Source of the DNA: Macrostomum lignano | Lineage: Eukaryota | NCBI GenBank assembly: GCA_002269645.1 | Contig: NIVC01000540.1 | Location: 248,001 to 312,000 of the forward strand | Reading direction: 5' to 3' | DNA: 64,000 nt | Shown here: piece after piece, positions 50,109 through 62,432 of the stretch | Layout of the letters: each line of letters starts with the position of its first letter | Numbering within the stretch: position 1 is the stretch's first letter | Made by a program: the position numbers and the translations under genes | Notes under the pieces: generated by a model | The model's input: only the letters and a program-made list of their open reading frames with translations | What the model was told of the DNA's origin: nothing | Databases searched by the model: none

Positions 50109-50687
50109 ATGCAAGCTATCAAGTGTGTTGTAGTGGGCGACGGAGCTGTGGGAAAAACCTGCCTGCTCATCTCCTACACGACCAACGCCTTCCCCGGCGA
50201 GTACATCCCGACCGTGTTTGACAACTACTCAGCCAATGTGATGGTCGACGGCAAGCCCATCAACCTGGGCCTGTGGGACACGGCTGGCCAGGAGGACTAC
50301 GACAGGCTGAGGCCGCTGAGCTACCCGCAGACTGATGTGTTTCTGGTCTGCTTCTCCCTCATCAGCCCGGCCAGTTACGAGAACGTGCGGGCCAAGTGGT
50401 ACCCGGAGGTGAGCCACCACTGTCCCAACACGCCCATCATCCTGGTCGGCACCAAACTGGACCTGCGCGATGACAAAGACACAATTGAGAAACTGCGCGA
50501 GAAGAAGCTGGCCCCCATCACCCACCTGCAGGGCATGACAATGGCCAAGGAGATTAACGCGGTGAAGTACCTGGAGTGCTCAGCCCTGACTCAGAAGGGA
50601 CTGAAGAACGTGTTTGACGAGTCCATTCGGGCCGTGCTGTGTCCGAGGCCGAGGCCGTCCAAGCGAAACAAGTGCGACTTGCTGTAA
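50109..50687 (+). CDS. RAC1: Rac1 small GTPase, intronless CDS, 192 aa, CAAX CDLL
   Basis: [72 protein letters not shown], essentially canonical Rac; basic tail and CAAX present. Confidence 0.97.
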   Translation: MQAIKCVVVGDGAVGKTCLLISYTTNAFPGEYIPTVFDNYSANVMVDGKPINLGLWDTAGQEDYDRLRPLSYPQTDVFLVCFSLISPASYENVRAKWYPEVSHHCPNTPIILVGTKLDLRDDKDTIEKLREKKLAPITHLQGMTMAKEINAVKYLECSALTQKGLKNVFDESIRAVLCPRPRPSKRNKCDLL

Positions 50688-53233
50688 CAGTGCGCGACCC
50701 CAGGCCCGACTCATCCTCGGACACAGCTACTGTAGCTAACAGTTTTGTACATGCGTATAGATGCGATCGATATAAAACTAGATTTATTATGCACTAATTC
50801 ACCTCTGCACCGCCCTCTGTCTCCCTCTGCTGTACGCTAATAGCGGCGGCTTTCCATCGCCCTGGCAACCACGCTGAGATGCTGAATCTGTGTCTCTGGA
50901 TTTAAAAAATAAGGCAATCTACCGTGTCTTTTTGTAGTTTGTTATTTAACTGATTATTGTCTGCAAAGAAGAAATCTGGTCGGCTGCATCTCTAATATTT
51001 ATTTCATGCTCCAGGTAGTCTTAACATCGCTTTTATATTGCTCGTATATTATATATTATGATATTTTCTGCAATTTCAACTAATTTGATCGATTTGTGTC
51101 TTCTAGTGGCCTGACATACCATTTAACGGTGTTGTTCTTCTGTCCCCTCTACTCCCACAATGCTGTTTAAGTTTCTTTGCTCTATTTGGTAAACAGTTTC
51201 TGCTCTTAACTCATCAAAGTTTAAATTATGATTCTATTCAATATACGAGCTATATATATATTATATGTTCCGAGTTTTACCTGTCTCAAATATCCTTTCT
51301 AATTGTCTGTCACTTTTGCAACGCGTGCTTGCCTCCTGTTCCTTTCTCTCATGCGCACTCATGCTTTTTTACCATTGTACCTTAGGTAGCAAGTACATGA
51401 TGTACCCGCAGCACCTGGGGTTGCGTAACATCTCTATTTACTATTCTCAGTCGGTTTTACTTGTACAAATAAATGGCAATAAAATATATTATATACATTA
51501 TAGTCGCTTAAAAAATCTACTTATTCCTGCTTGAGTCTTTGCTACGACGATTGAGTCCAGTGCGTCATATTAAGTGGAATGGCCCAAATCTCATATTTTA
51601 CTGGTTTCTTCTACTTATGATTTCTTTTTTGGATTGTTTAGAACAGTTGGCATGTATGTTGGTCAAAAGCTAGGTAAAAAATCGAGGCTATGATTTTCTT
51701 CGACCAAGGAGGGAATATAACACATTGATAAGCTAAGTAAAAAACAGTAAAATGCATAGAATCTCTACTGAAGGGTGTTCCAAAAGTTCCCTGAATGTCT
51801 ACGAGTATTACAGCTCATCCATGAAAGGCAACTTTAATACGAAGAAGGTGTAGTTAAAATTATGTCAGTGTCATTTGACATTTTCCATTCATGCGCCGCA
51901 TCAAAACTGTCTGCACAAGTCAGCACTAGTGTTACACATCCTCAAATTTGTGAGAAGTCGGGGACTCAACAGGCTGGGATCATTAAGAGTTCCAGATCAG
52001 TTGGTAGATGTCCAATCGATCAGACATCTCTCAAACTGTCACACGAGCATTCGAGTTGGACTGGCCATCCTTAGGCCGTTCGATCTATTCGAACAAGTAA
52101 ACAGTCGTTTTCCTAATGCTGTTCTCATCATGGATAGAGAAGAGATGCTCAGAAATCTTGACTCCACTCCATACGGCTGACTACAGGGCAAAAACTTGAC
52201 TCCGTTGACTCTCAGGGCTGTAGAGAGAACTAATCTTTTAAAGAAATCTGCAGCCAAAAGCAAGCACTCGGTATGGGATCGTTGCGCTGGCAACACCGGC
52301 TGCTCTGATACACAGAATCAGCAATTCAACCGGTTGGCCATAGACATTTTGACATTTTTCCACGAAAGTTGATAATGGGCATGCGACATTTAAGAATGTG
52401 GACCGATATAGTACTGAATTGTGCAGACATGATGCAGCGCAGCAATGGAAAATAATATTGACATTATTTTAACTACTCGTACACCTTCGTATGAATTTTG
52501 CATTTTATTTTACATGCAAGATTTAACGAACACATTAATGAGCTGCTCTATTAGACATAAAGAGAACTTTTGTGACATCCTTCGTATTTTTAATCTTTTG
52601 CTTGGTAGAGGAGGTGCGAGAAAACAGGCAAGCAATGCGCCCAAGCGAGATGACGAAGTCTTGCTGCATTTTCAAACTTTTCGTCATGTGATACGTTTTA
52701 GTGGGCAGTTATTAAAATGTGTCTAGTTAGAATTGTACTGTACGCTAGAGTTGTTGCGCGCACTCGCATGTGTACACTTCATTCCTAGTAGTTAGCAGAA
52801 AATGGGGTGCACGAAAGCCTCGCTGGGGCTGTCGCTGTCGGTTAAGCCTGCGGTGCAGTTTATACTCGTACTATGTACTCGTACATAGTCAATGGTCATG
52901 CTGCATGCACAGGAGTTTGTTTGTGTGAAATCTGAAGTTCTCCAAACAACTTTGATGAATAGGCTTTACAATATGGTTTTTTTATAGCGAGCATATCAGT
53001 GATGCTAGATTAGAATTACATAGCAGGCGGAAAGTATCCTTCACAGTTTCTGCTGCGCTCACATGGAGAGTCTCCAGAACATTTCAAATGTAGTTTTAAT
53101 AGAAAACAAATGCGGTGTTCTTTCCGCCTACTGCTAACACAAGGTTACATGATTAGGGGGGGGGGGTAAAGTTACAAATTTGATTATAATACCTGGGAAA
53201 TCGTAATCGTGCTAAGAATTGGTCGTAGGAGGC

Positions 53234-53827
53234 CTACAGCAGGCCGCAGGAGAGTTGCTTCTTTTTCTTCTTGCCATCGTCCTGCAGCGCGTGGAAGTGT
53301 GCCCGAACAGCCTCGGTGAAGACTGCGTCCAAATTCTTGCTCTTCTTAGCCGAACACTCCACGAAACGGTCGGCATTGATCTCTTTGGCCAGCTTTTCGC
53401 CTTCAGCTGTGGAAATCGGGTCCTTTACCGCTTCTCCGCCGACTTGATCGTCCCGGGTATCGGTCTTGGTTGCAACCAGAACTACCGGAGAATGGCTGAA
53501 CCCGCCGAAGTGACGCAACTCGGGCACCCACTTGGCTTTTACGTTTTGATAGCTATCTCTGTTATCCACTGAATAGCACAGCAAGAATACGTTGGTGTCT
53601 TTGTAACCCAATGGCCGCAGTCTGTCGTAGCTCTCCTGCCCGGCCGTGTCGTATATGGACAGCCTTACTGCCTTTCCGTCAACTGAAATGTAATGCGAGC
53701 TATCGTCGGCCACGGTTGGCGCGTACTCTTCCGGAAATGTGTTTAATGTGTAGACCAGGACCATGCTGGTCTTGCCAACTGTGCCGTCGCCAACCAGCAC
53801 TAACTTTATCGTGGTTATGTTCGACAT
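53234..53827 (-). CDS. Divergent Rho-family GTPase (copy A), 197 aa, CAAX CGLL
   Basis: GDGTVGKT, switch I YAPTVADDSS, DTAGQESYDRLRPLGY, TKTD, CSAK, short Rho insert, KKKKK-QLSCGLL-stop. ATG at 53827; the longer ORF upstream starts at a TTG. Confidence 0.92.
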   Translation of the reverse strand: MSNITTIKLVLVGDGTVGKTSMVLVYTLNTFPEEYAPTVADDSSHYISVDGKAVRLSIYDTAGQESYDRLRPLGYKDTNVFLLCYSVDNRDSYQNVKAKWVPELRHFGGFSHSPVVLVATKTDTRDDQVGGEAVKDPISTAEGEKLAKEINADRFVECSAKKSKNLDAVFTEAVRAHFHALQDDGKKKKKQLSCGLL

Positions 53828-54254
53828 GTTTTGAGGCACTAGCGTGCTGATACACTCGAATGTGTTCTTATCGGCGTTCAAAATACTGATACGAGCTATG
53901 CTATTACAAACTTATCATAGATACGAGTATTTATAATGCTAGACGCACCCATTTACCTGCACTAGCACAGCTTCGTACCCCTTGCGTGCCCCCTCTGTGT
54001 TAATTCGTCTAACAGCAAACTATGAAAAAAGCAAAAGGGATGGGTAGGGCGGAAAAATACCCCGCCACCACCCAACACTACCCCCGAGCACAATGCCGAG
54101 GGTTTTAAATACAAAGCTCAAACCTAAGAAGACGACTTGTCTCAGTTCTTCAAAGCTTCTGTCTGTTGTGGCAGTGGGGGTAGCAGGCGTGTAAGGTAGT
54201 TGGCGTGAGAGGTTATCAGAGACTACCGATAAACGACCTGTTACAGGTTTAAAA

Positions 54255-54672
54255 CTATGGCTGGCTATTCGAGACACCATTTCTAAGAACAGCATAGTGT
54301 TCATTGCGATTGTGCTCAACGAACTGCTCATGGTGGCCTGCACTGTGCGCACCTGGCATTGGCTGATGTCTGTAGCGGAGCTGCTCAGTCTGCTCTGCTA
54401 CCTGCTGGCTGTTGTTGTGCTGCCTAATTATTTTGGTTTGTTTGCGCTTAATTTGTCTGTGTATTCCTGGAGATTGTTGCAGATTATCGAGGAGACTGTT
54501 GCAGATTAGTGAGTAGCCTGTTGCAGATTAGCGAGGAGACTTTTGCAGATTAGTGAGCAGCCTGTTGCAGATTAGTGAGGAGACTAGGGATTAGTGAGAA
54601 GATTGTTGCAGATTATTGAGGAGACTAGTGATTAGTGAGAAGATTGTTGCAGATTAGTGAGGAGACTGTTAC
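54255..54672 (+). pseudogene. Duplicated fragment of the ATP9 exon 44733-44994 (3' part) plus adjacent intron and minisatellite
   Basis: Near identity to about 44810-45130 (GTGCTCAACGAACTGCTCATGGTGGCC..CCTAATTATTTTGG) with a 5-nt deletion and no flanking ATP9 exons. About 54945-55195 also matches ATP9 last-intron sequence at about 46312-46555. Confidence 0.88.
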
Positions 54673-55279
54673 TACGTAATGCGCAGTTAAGTATTGATTT
54701 TTAGGCAGATTTGATGCAAAAAACGCAAATTATACTACTATCTGAAAATGAAGTAAGTAGTATATGAAAACGCTATCCTAAGCGTGTTATATACGTAGCA
54801 TACCTCAATATGTACTGGTGTATGTACATTAATCCCATGTGAAATGGCACGGCTCAGCTCATTGGTTTTATGAATCTATTTTGCCATTCTTAGATGACTG
54901 TGTAACAATATGTGTGACAGAGATTATAAAATAGATTATCAAAACCAAAGATTCGAGCTGTGTCATGTATTTTTTTTTATTTTTAGGGTACAGGAAATAC
55001 ACGTAGGATAAAAATTAACAAAGAATCCTGATTTTCTGACCGGAAAGCTTAATGAATATCAATAGAGCTACGAGGTATAAGAAAAGCACAACATATCAAC
55101 AGATAAACATTGGATTTGCGTCCTATCGAAAGTAATAATTTTTGTGCTGAAAAATCAAAAACTTCTATCTCCGTGGGGTATTTTTCGGTGAAAAGTGGCC
55201 TTCAAAACATTTTCCATAGATTTTGAGTGTCGCGTCTTGTATATACTCGTAAGTTGCTTTAGTTGTCATTGTCAAAAAT

Positions 55280-56280
55280 CAGCCTTTAGGATAATGCAAT
55301 CGTCTATGGTTAAACCATGAGCATATTCCATTTATTTTTTCACTTAAACTTCAGGATAATGATTTCAAACTCGGGATAATGGACACCTATTTTTAGAACA
55401 AAACAGCAAACACCAACAACAAAGGATTATCGCTATGGAAAGTTAATTGTGCAGTATCAATATGGCGCAATTGTCATAGTGCCGAAGACCATTACAGATT
55501 GCAATTGTTGAAAGTGCAGTTGTTCATAATAAAGATATTCCGACCGTTCATCTGACGACCATCAGACACGCTCACTGCTTCTTGCACGATGGAACTTTGA
55601 ATGCTGATGTCAGCAGGCATTGTTACTTGACCGTGGGTCGCGGCGCTTTGTCCCATGTTCAACGCACGCGACACTGCATCGCTGCATTGTTGCAGGGACT
55701 TGTCCCGTTTAACTGCCAGGTAGCGCCGGATCGTGCTCTCGGACTTTTGACCCGTGATAGCCATGATCTCGCTCATCGAATGCCCAGCCGATTCCAGGTC
55801 TCAAGAAAGTGCAAGAAGTTCAAAAAGCCTTTGTTATCCTTCATGTCCTTCTGAGATGTGGAAAGTCTTGAGATCCAATTGAGTTCGCTGCTAGATACGT
55901 TGGCTAAACTTTCGACAGGCAGATTGCCCCAGTTGATCGGATATGACGTCTGGTTCTCCATGGCCAAGCGAATGTAGCTATTTACGTTTTATTCTCTCTT
56001 TCTCTCCACATCTCCTTCCTTTCCACCCTCTTGACCCCCAGCCTGTTTGCAACTTCGTTGTCTATGGCCCAAACTCCAGTAAACCACCTCAGTCTTTATG
56101 TCTCTCTCTCCTCGGTAACCCCTCTCTCCTTTCGATGCCCTTTTTGTCTATGGCCCCACTGAAATTCGACAATGCGGTTATTCGTAAGTGAGACTTTAGG
56201 ATAATAGTCCTATGCTCACTCGTGCGCTGCACTCATGAGCCGGACTATTATCCTAAAGTCTCACTTACTAATAACCAACC
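55280..56280 (-). mobile_element. Degenerate Crypton-like tyrosine recombinase element fragment
   Basis: Minus strand encodes ..RITKAF*TSCTFL/DLESAGHSMSEIMAITGQKSESTIRRY..NNCTFNNCN, matching the C-terminal catalytic box (TGH.S..S...Y) and the N/C-rich tail of DUF3504/Crypton-type recombinases. Stops, a frameshift and His-to-Gln make it non-functional. Bounded by a 35-bp hairpin and CTTTAGGATAAT motifs. Confidence 0.6.
56176..56276. repeat. 35-bp-arm hairpin with 31-nt spacer
   Basis: GGTTATTCGTAAGTGAGACTTTAGGATAATAGTCC (56176-56210) vs rc of 56242-56276, 34/35 identical. Confidence 0.93.
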
Positions 56281-56436
56281 ATTGTCCTTGGTATTAAATT
56301 GACTTCAAGCTCCTCTTTATTACTTTTGTAGTAATAGGCTTAGTGTCTTATATCGTTATTATCGACAAATTAATCCTTATGTTTTTTAATTCTTCTTTCA
56401 GATTAATCTCTTTCAGAGCTGCGCTACTGTTAGTAG

Positions 56437-57111
<675 letters not shown>

Positions 57112-57946
57112 ATCTTTTGCTTTGTCGAGGGGGGTTATCGCGTCAAAACAGGCAAGCAATATGCCCTAGCGAGAAGACGGAGTCTTGCTGCATTTTCAAG
57201 TTTTCGTCATGTGATCTGTGTTTTAGTGGGCAGTTAAAAGTGTCCAGTTTAAATCTAAGATTTTGCACAGTTGCTACAGAACTTGTGCAAAGAATTCGCG
57301 CACTCGCATGTACGTACACTTCATTCCTAGTAGTTAGCAGGAAAATGGGGTGCACGAAAGCCAATTGCTCGAGCTTTTGCTGTTGGTACAGCAGTTTGCA
57401 GTACAGTTTATACACGGTCAATGGTCATACGCAGGAGTTTGTTTTTTGCAATTTAAAGTTCTCAAAACAACTTTGACGAATAGGCCGCTTTACTATTAAG
57501 CTGTTTATTAAGTGCGAGCATATCAGTGATACGTGATGCTACGGGCAGATTGACTTACATAATAGCTTAGAAAGTAAGCTTTGTAGTTTCTGCTGCGCTC
57601 AAATGGGAAGTCCTGAAAACATTTCAATGGTGGTTTTATTTTCTATTCTAGAATTTATAGTCCTTGATGAGATTTATGTGCAGGAACTCGTGCTAGTTCG
57701 ATTTAAAAACTGAAACGGATAAAAATTTGTTAATTTTTTAATACCCTATTCGGGCGAATCAACTGGTTCGTCAAATTATTGTCAATCCTCAATGTTTTTT
57801 TTACTTACTGTAAGTCTTGCAGCAAAAATGTGACAAATTTTCAGCGGGATTTCAGCATTGTAGACTGGAGAGTTTGCACTGTTCTATTCGTGAAAAGCAA
57901 AAGCAGTGTTCTCTCCGCCTACTGCTGGCTCGTAACGCAAGCTTGG

Positions 57947-58627
57947 TTACATGAGTAGAGGGGCATAAAAGTTGCAAACTGGAGTATCATACATGAGCAA
58001 TCGTAATCGTGCTAAGAATTGGTCGTAGGAGGCGAACAGCAGGCCGCAGGAGAGTTGCTTCTTTTTCTTCTTGCCGTCGTCCTGCAGCGCGTGGTAGTGT
58101 GCCCGTACAGCCTCGTTGAAGACGGCGTCCAAGTTTTTCCTCATCTTAGCTGAACACTCGACAAAACGGTCGGCTTTGATTTCTTTGGCCAGTTGTTTGC
58201 CTTCAGCTGTGGAAATCGGGTCCTTTACCGCTTCTCCGCCGACTTGATCGTCCCGGGTATCGGTCTTGGTTGCAACGAGAACTACCGGAGAACGGCTGAA
58301 CCCGCCGAAGTGACGCAACTCCGGCACCCACTTGGCTTTTACGTTTTGACAGCTATCTCTGTTATCCACTGAATAGCACAGCAAGAATACGTTGGTGTCT
58401 TTGTAACCCAATGGCCGCAGTCTGTCGTAGCTCTCCTGCCCGGCCGTGTCGTATATGGACAGCCTTACTGCCTTTCCGTCAACTGAAATGTAATGCGAGC
58501 TATCGTCGGCCACGGTTGGCGTGTACTCTTCCGGAAATTTGTTCGATGTGTAGACCAGGACCATGCTGGTCTTGCCAACTGTGCCGTCACCAACCAGCAC
58601 TAACTTTATCGTGACTGTGTTCGACAT
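57947..58627 (-). CDS. Divergent Rho-family GTPase (copy B) with stop-codon loss; 226 aa, CAAX buried
   Basis: Paralog of 53234-53827 with 14 amino-acid differences. The TAG after CGLL is replaced by TTC, adding 29 residues (FASYDQFLARLR..YAPLLM). May be a pseudogene. Confidence 0.8.
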   Translation of the reverse strand: MSNTVTIKLVLVGDGTVGKTSMVLVYTSNKFPEEYTPTVADDSSHYISVDGKAVRLSIYDTAGQESYDRLRPLGYKDTNVFLLCYSVDNRDSCQNVKAKWVPELRHFGGFSRSPVVLVATKTDTRDDQVGGEAVKDPISTAEGKQLAKEIKADRFVECSAKMRKNLDAVFNEAVRAHYHALQDDGKKKKKQLSCGLLFASYDQFLARLRLLMYDTPVCNFYAPLLM

Positions 58628-59010
58628 GTTTTGAGGCACTAATGTGCGCTCGAATGTGGTTTAGAACTTTGCTTCTTATAGCCGTAGTAAATCAAAGGGA
58701 ACTTTCTAATAGCTGTGGTCCTTTCGCGCACAGAAGTTTCTGAATTTCTCCGACATGCTGAACAGCTTCTTATACCGGGCGTGCATGCAGCTAATTGTCT
58801 GTTCATCTTCTCATAAACTTGCGTTCTTTAGTTTCTAATTATAACTGAAAATTTCTATAGCTCAACATTCGTGCATACGAGCAAGTCTGGCCCGCATTGC
58901 AGCTTTAATTGAAGCGGATTCGAATAAATACGAGTAGTACAGTCATTTAGTTTTCCTGAGCATTGCAATGCAGCACCTTTAAACTGAATCAAAAAGTGGG
59001 GTATCTGGAT

Positions 59011-59352
59011 CAGGGGTCGGCAAACTCCGGTCCGCGTTCCCACATACGGCCCTCAAAGCGTCTCTATGGCCCTCGGGTCCTTTAAAACTTTACAATAGCA
59101 ATCTGGCTCGCTTAAGGTTAATGTCTGTCCCCTCTTCCCTTTCCCCTCTCCCTCTGTCTCTCCCCTATCCCCTCTCTGCTCTCTCCATTCTCTCGTCTTC
59201 CCCCCTATTCTCTTCTCTGTCTTCTTTCTTATCTCTTCTCTCATCCCATCTTTAAATTCACTCTTCTATCATCTATTCCTTTTCCTTTCCACTCTCATCT
59301 GAGCCATGAGCTGGATGCTTCATCTGGCCCTTGAAGTAAAAAGTTTTGCCTA
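59011..59352 (+). mobile_element. hAT/Charlie-type MITE with CT-rich core
   Basis: Starts CAGGGGTCGGCAAACTCCGGTCCGCG..CACATACGGCCC, typical of Charlie-family ends, after ATCTGGAT (close to the nTCTAGAn target). Right end GGCCCTTGAAGTAAAAAGTTTTGCC is truncated. Confidence 0.75.
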
Positions 59353-60564
59353 GATAAATATGGGATCGTAATACGTATCATGCATTGAATGACTAGCAAA
59401 TCCATCTCTCTACAAGCACGTCTTTGTATTCTTTGAAGTTGAAATATCGATCCAAATGATTCTTTAGCAGACTGACGGTGGTTAAAGCTTTTCTTTGACA
59501 GTGCTAACCTTATCAGCTCCTGGCTTGCACTGCAAACTTATGTTTAAAGTTCGATTTCCTCGATTTGCTTCAAAGTTGATCGATGCCCGAACCCACCCTA
59601 CCGATTGATAAGTCACCCCCAAAAAGTTTGAAATCCCTGTAAGCAGTGCATGATGAGCTGAGCAGGAACTGAACTGAAGTGAAATTCGATCAGGTCGGAA
59701 GAGGTTCACAAGGACAATTTCTGCACAGCATGCATCATTGCATTCGCTCACTTTTCTGTACATATAGATAGCTCAAACCAGCATAGAATACAATCTCAAC
59801 TTTTGGCAACTCTGACATTTGTACTGCCAGCCTGCAATTTCTGACATACTGGTTACTTGATAGTTTGTCTGTTCGCTATTCGTTGACTAAAGTCTTCTCG
59901 AGTTCAGGCCTATGATTATAGTTGAAGAAATTAGCACAGTCATTATCTTGTCTACCCTTGCTGTGTATTTTTCTCTTTTTTATTCTCTCTGTGGTGTGGC
60001 TTATCTTTGTTCTATCAAATGTACTGACTCTATTTATCTGTGACTTTCCACATTGCAGCTAGGCATACACGTAACTTCACTCAGTCAAATGCTTCATTTC
60101 TTCGAAATGGTGTCTAGAGCCATAATCCGAGCACTGCATGATGCATTCAAAATTCAACGCACTAGTCTCAATAGATTAGCCATTTTTACGAAGTATGCCA
60201 TATAGTCTACTTTTGATTACTACGCTCGTATCATATTCTCTATGATACGAGCTCGACAGGCTGAACCAGTGAGAGAAAAGTGAGAATACTTTGCTAAAAA
60301 GCGGATACAGTCCGTGCATCTCAAGGATGTGCAATGTTCGGTATTTCGTCACGTTTATTGTTGCTATGTGGCTGTCAAGAGCGCAAGAAATGTATTGCCC
60401 ATTCATTCAGTTAATACTGTAGTAGCTACGACGCGTACTCAGCGTGAGCACTGTACGAATATATTTGGGCTGAGATTAGCAGTAATGTATAAAATTACAC
60501 ACCGAAGCATAGTTAACAAACGATTTAAAAAAATTTAGTTTTTTACAGAAACTTCTCAGTGGAG

Positions 60565-61191
60565 TTACAGCAGAGTGCAAGGTCTCGTCTTATTATTTTT
60601 CTTCTTCTTGCCGCAGATGCCTTTAGCCATTAGGTGGGCTCGCACAGCCTCCTCCATAACCTGCTGCAGGCCGTGCCCAGTCAGTGCTGAACACTCTACG
60701 TACGTTTTGGCGCCAATTTCTGTCGCCATTGCTCGTCCCTCGCTGCTGTCAACCATGGTGATATTTTGCCGTTTCAGATAGTCGATGGCAGCCGAGTCAG
60801 TACGAAGATCGGCTTTGGTGGCCACTAAGATTATGGGCACGCTTGGGCCATAGTGCCCCAGCTCTGGGCGCCACTTATCGCGCACATTCTTGAAGCTGTT
60901 CCGGCCGTCAACTGAAAAGCACACTACGAACACGTCGGTGTTGGGATAGCTGAGTGGTCGCAGTCTGTCGTAGTCCTCCTGGCCTGCCGTGTCCCACAGC
61001 TGCAGTCGCACTGGCCGGCTGTCTACTGTGACGTCGTACGAGAAGTTGTCAACAATCGTTGGCACATAAGTCGTCGGGAAGCCTTTCTTCATGTAGACGC
61101 TTAGCATGCAGGTCTTGCCAACGGAGCCATCGCCAACTAGAACGACTTTGAGCGTATCTACTCTGTTGCTGCTGTTAGCGTTATTAGACAT
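60565..61191 (-). CDS. Divergent Rac/Rho-family GTPase, intronless, 208 aa, CAAX CTLL
   Basis: GDGSVGKT, switch [37 protein letters not shown], polybasic KKKK tail. Confidence 0.93.
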   Translation of the reverse strand: MSNNANSSNRVDTLKVVLVGDGSVGKTCMLSVYMKKGFPTTYVPTIVDNFSYDVTVDSRPVRLQLWDTAGQEDYDRLRPLSYPNTDVFVVCFSVDGRNSFKNVRDKWRPELGHYGPSVPIILVATKADLRTDSAAIDYLKRQNITMVDSSEGRAMATEIGAKTYVECSALTGHGLQQVMEEAVRAHLMAKGICGKKKKNNKTRPCTLL

Positions 61192-62432
61192 TTGCTATTG
61201 CCTTTGGCCAGCCACTCTAAACTTTTGGGGCTGGGGGAGTCTAAGTTGCAACTCGTATAGAGTATAGAGCTAACCAGGTGAAGATAGAGCAGAGTGTGTC
61301 TCGTTTGGTTTATTTGGAAGGTTTCTCGTGGAAGCAAGGTAAATAGCACAGTAATGGCGTATGTTCTGCAAATAGCGTTCCTGCTTTTATGTGCAGTGCG
61401 CAAGAAATTCGGCTTCTCTCTTCACCAGCGTACTGGCTGCGCCCGTGTAGAGTGCCGCAGGCGAGCGGTTTGTCCAAACCCTCTTCCACTCTGTCCCTGT
61501 CTGTACACTCGAGAAAGGCATACCTCGGGGCTCTTTCAAACAGAAAACTTTTATTTTGGCTCTGACTAATTAGGTTAAATTTAGCGTAAGAGTTCTGTCC
61601 ATTATTTTCTACAGCATCTATCATTTAAACTTTTTTTCTCTGAGTAATCATGACCCCTCGAGCGAAGATGCTTGCTGCTACTGAGTGCACGTTGGTCTCG
61701 AGAAAGCTCTCTCTTTTCTCTCTTCTTTCCTGTCTTTTCTTTGATAACTTAAGGAATATTGAGTCGTTACTGTTTGCTTCATTTCTTAGCTTGAAGCTTA
61801 GATGACAAGAATGTTTACTTGGAGATGACATTTCCTAGTCAAATCAAGTTCTCCATTTAAATGTAGACAGAATAAAAACTTCTGTTAAAACTGTCCATTT
61901 TTTTCTTGAATAGCTTGAATAGAGTTAAAACATGAAACAATTTAAAGCAACGGAGAAAACACTGACCCGTTTGTTTGCGCCTGTAGCTGCAGTAACATGT
62001 AAATGCAAATTTGTTATTGTCATTTGCGCATCTTATCTCACAACTAAGCATCGGGCAACAGTCGCTGCCGCCCTTGCTCCGCAAACTGCGCAGAGACTTT
62101 GCATGCTGTTTCGCTTTTTGGGGATGCAATGAGCCGTTTTGGTTTTCGAGGAGCGGACGAGCAAGCAGCAAGTCAGGAAAAATTAATTCCGCACAAAATT
62201 TCCTAATTTGGTTTATTTTATGCAAACGCGTGCGTACGACGAACTAAACGCATGTCCGCCAACAATTAACGACAGAGTATATGTATTATTCTAGTTCTGC
62301 TTTAAAATTGTATGCACAAACACAAAGATGCTGAAATCCATGGTGAAAAGTCTACTGAAAGATTGGAATGATTAGTGCGTCATGATTTCTGTAAATTTAT
62401 GGTCCATATGTTCCTGTTTTCCAGCTTAGTTC

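Noticed and set aside
51862-52296. Short ORFs between Rac1 and the divergent Rho, possibly a transposase relic
   Set aside because: No motif I can recognise with confidence; a translated search would be needed.
53828-53881. 18-aa N-terminal extension of the divergent Rho ORF
   Set aside because: It starts at TTG and is not conserved in copy B beyond a few codons; the ATG at 53827 is shared by both copies.
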